A DNA stretch of 64,000 nucleotides, from assembly GCA_035295425.1 (NCBI GenBank), contig DATGJB010000149.1:8509-72508 (forward strand), written 5' to 3'. A program made the translations under genes and the position numbers. Source of the DNA: Chloroflexota bacterium. GTDB lineage: Bacteria > Chloroflexota > UBA5177. Below the pieces are notes generated by a model. That model was given only the letters and a program-made list of their open reading frames with translations, searched no databases and was not told where the DNA came from. Below are positions 63,352-64,000 of this stretch, piece after piece. Positions within the stretch are counted from its first letter, which is position 1, and every line of letters begins with the position of its first letter.

Positions 63352-64000
63352 GTGATCGATCCAGCCGCAGTTCGCCCTCGGTTCCCCGCGCTTCAGATGG
63401 AGCAGGACGGCCAGCCCGTCCTGTTCTTCGACAACCCTGCCGGTACGCAGGTACCTCAGCCTACCATCGACGGTTACGCGCGATACCTGCGCTGCGCCAA
63501 CGCCAACGTCGGGGGCACATTTCTCACCAGCCGCGAGACCGATCGCCTGATCGAGGAAGCGCGCCATGCCGCCGCCGATTTTCTGAACGGTTCGCCCGGT
63601 GAGATCGTATTTGGCCCGAATATGACCACGCTCACCTTCAGCCTCAGCCGCGCCATCGGCCGCACTCTCCGGCCCGGTGACGAGATCGTCACCACCCGCC
63701 TCGAGCACGATGCCAACGTCGCTCCCTGGCTCGCTCTCGAGGAGCGCGGCGTGACCGTTCGCTTTATCGCGGTTGACCCGGTCACGATGACGCTCGACCT
63801 CGACAGCGTCCGGCGCGCGATCACCGATCGCACCCGGCTGCTGGCGGTCGGGCTGGCGTCGAACGCCTTCGGCACCGTCAATGACGTGTCGCGGCTGACC
63901 GAGCTGGCGCACGAACGGGGCGCGTTGGTATTCGTCGACGCCGTCGCCTTCGCCCCCCACGGACCGATCGACGTTCGACAACTCGGCTGCGACGTACTGG
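63352..64000 (+). CDS. Class V aminotransferase / cysteine desulfurase-like protein (3' end outside window)
   Basis: My own translation from GTG 63352, with AGGAGG 8 nt upstream, reads VIDPAAVRPRFPALQ...FFDNPAGTQVPQPTIDGY...IVFGPNMTTLTFSLSRAIG...RLEHDANVAPW...ASNAFGTVNDV...GALVFVDAVAFAPHGPIDV. The frame is open to the window end. Confidence 0.82.
   Translation, partial: MIDPAAVRPRFPALQMEQDGQPVLFFDNPAGTQVPQPTIDGYARYLRCANANVGGTFLTSRETDRLIEEARHAAADFLNGSPGEIVFGPNMTTLTFSLSRAIGRTLRPGDEIVTTRLEHDANVAPWLALEERGVTVRFIAVDPVTMTLDLDSVRRAITDRTRLLAVGLASNAFGTVNDVSRLTELAHERGALVFVDAVAFAPHGPIDVRQLGCDVL

Noticed and set aside
63316-63981. 221-aa minus-strand ORF
   Set aside because: It is antisense to the clearly recognisable class V aminotransferase reading frame, which runs off the window end and was absent from the ORF track.
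1-64000. tRNA, rRNA, tmRNA and riboswitch scan by eye
   Set aside because: I noticed no cloverleaf-like T-arm/anticodon signatures or conserved riboswitch cores. A covariance-model search (Infernal/Rfam, tRNAscan-SE) would be needed to exclude them.

Overview
The window is a visibly high-G+C bacterial chromosomal segment (roughly two-thirds G+C by eye, not computed). Coding density is high, with about 50 genes and many 1-17 nt overlaps between stop and start codons. I found no rRNA, tRNA or CRISPR array by eye. The gene families present (SARP/BTAD-NB-ARC-TPR regulator, MMPL, OtrA/Tet(M)-like GTPase, HelY-like helicase, PT-rich linkers) suggest Actinomycetota or Chloroflexota, but I cannot decide between them from sequence alone. 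Most of the content is ordinary: ABC, MFS and MMPL transporters, tpiA, PcrA/UvrD, adenosine deaminase, D-aminoacylase, peptidases and hydrolases. Six loci deserve a second look. (1) 23420-32831 (-) is a tightly coupled six-gene operon. It joins a six-hairpin glycosidase-like protein, NDH-2, a PoxB-like pyruvate:quinone enzyme, a GMC flavoprotein with its Gluconate_2-dh3-type partner, and an uncharacterised internally duplicated 2x4-TM protein with conserved His pairs. That membrane protein may be a new membrane anchor. (2) 34901-40161 (+) holds a SARP-STAND regulator, one or two small SD-led ORFs, and a secreted protein built from about 23 tandem 17-residue N/T/G-rich repeats. (3) 127-6101 (+) holds an SD-led 25-codon ORF, an asymmetric heterodimeric ABC exporter and a ribosomal-protection GTPase. 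(4) 12438-14610 (-) holds an orphan N6-adenine DNA methyltransferase that overlaps a SHOCT membrane protein. (5) 14948-15478 (-) encodes a MerR protein fused to a ClpX-type zinc finger. (6) 61039-62264 (+) holds a truncated IS630-type transposase abutting an APH-family kinase. A VapBC pair is also present. All functional calls rest on motifs I recognise in the translations. No database search was run.
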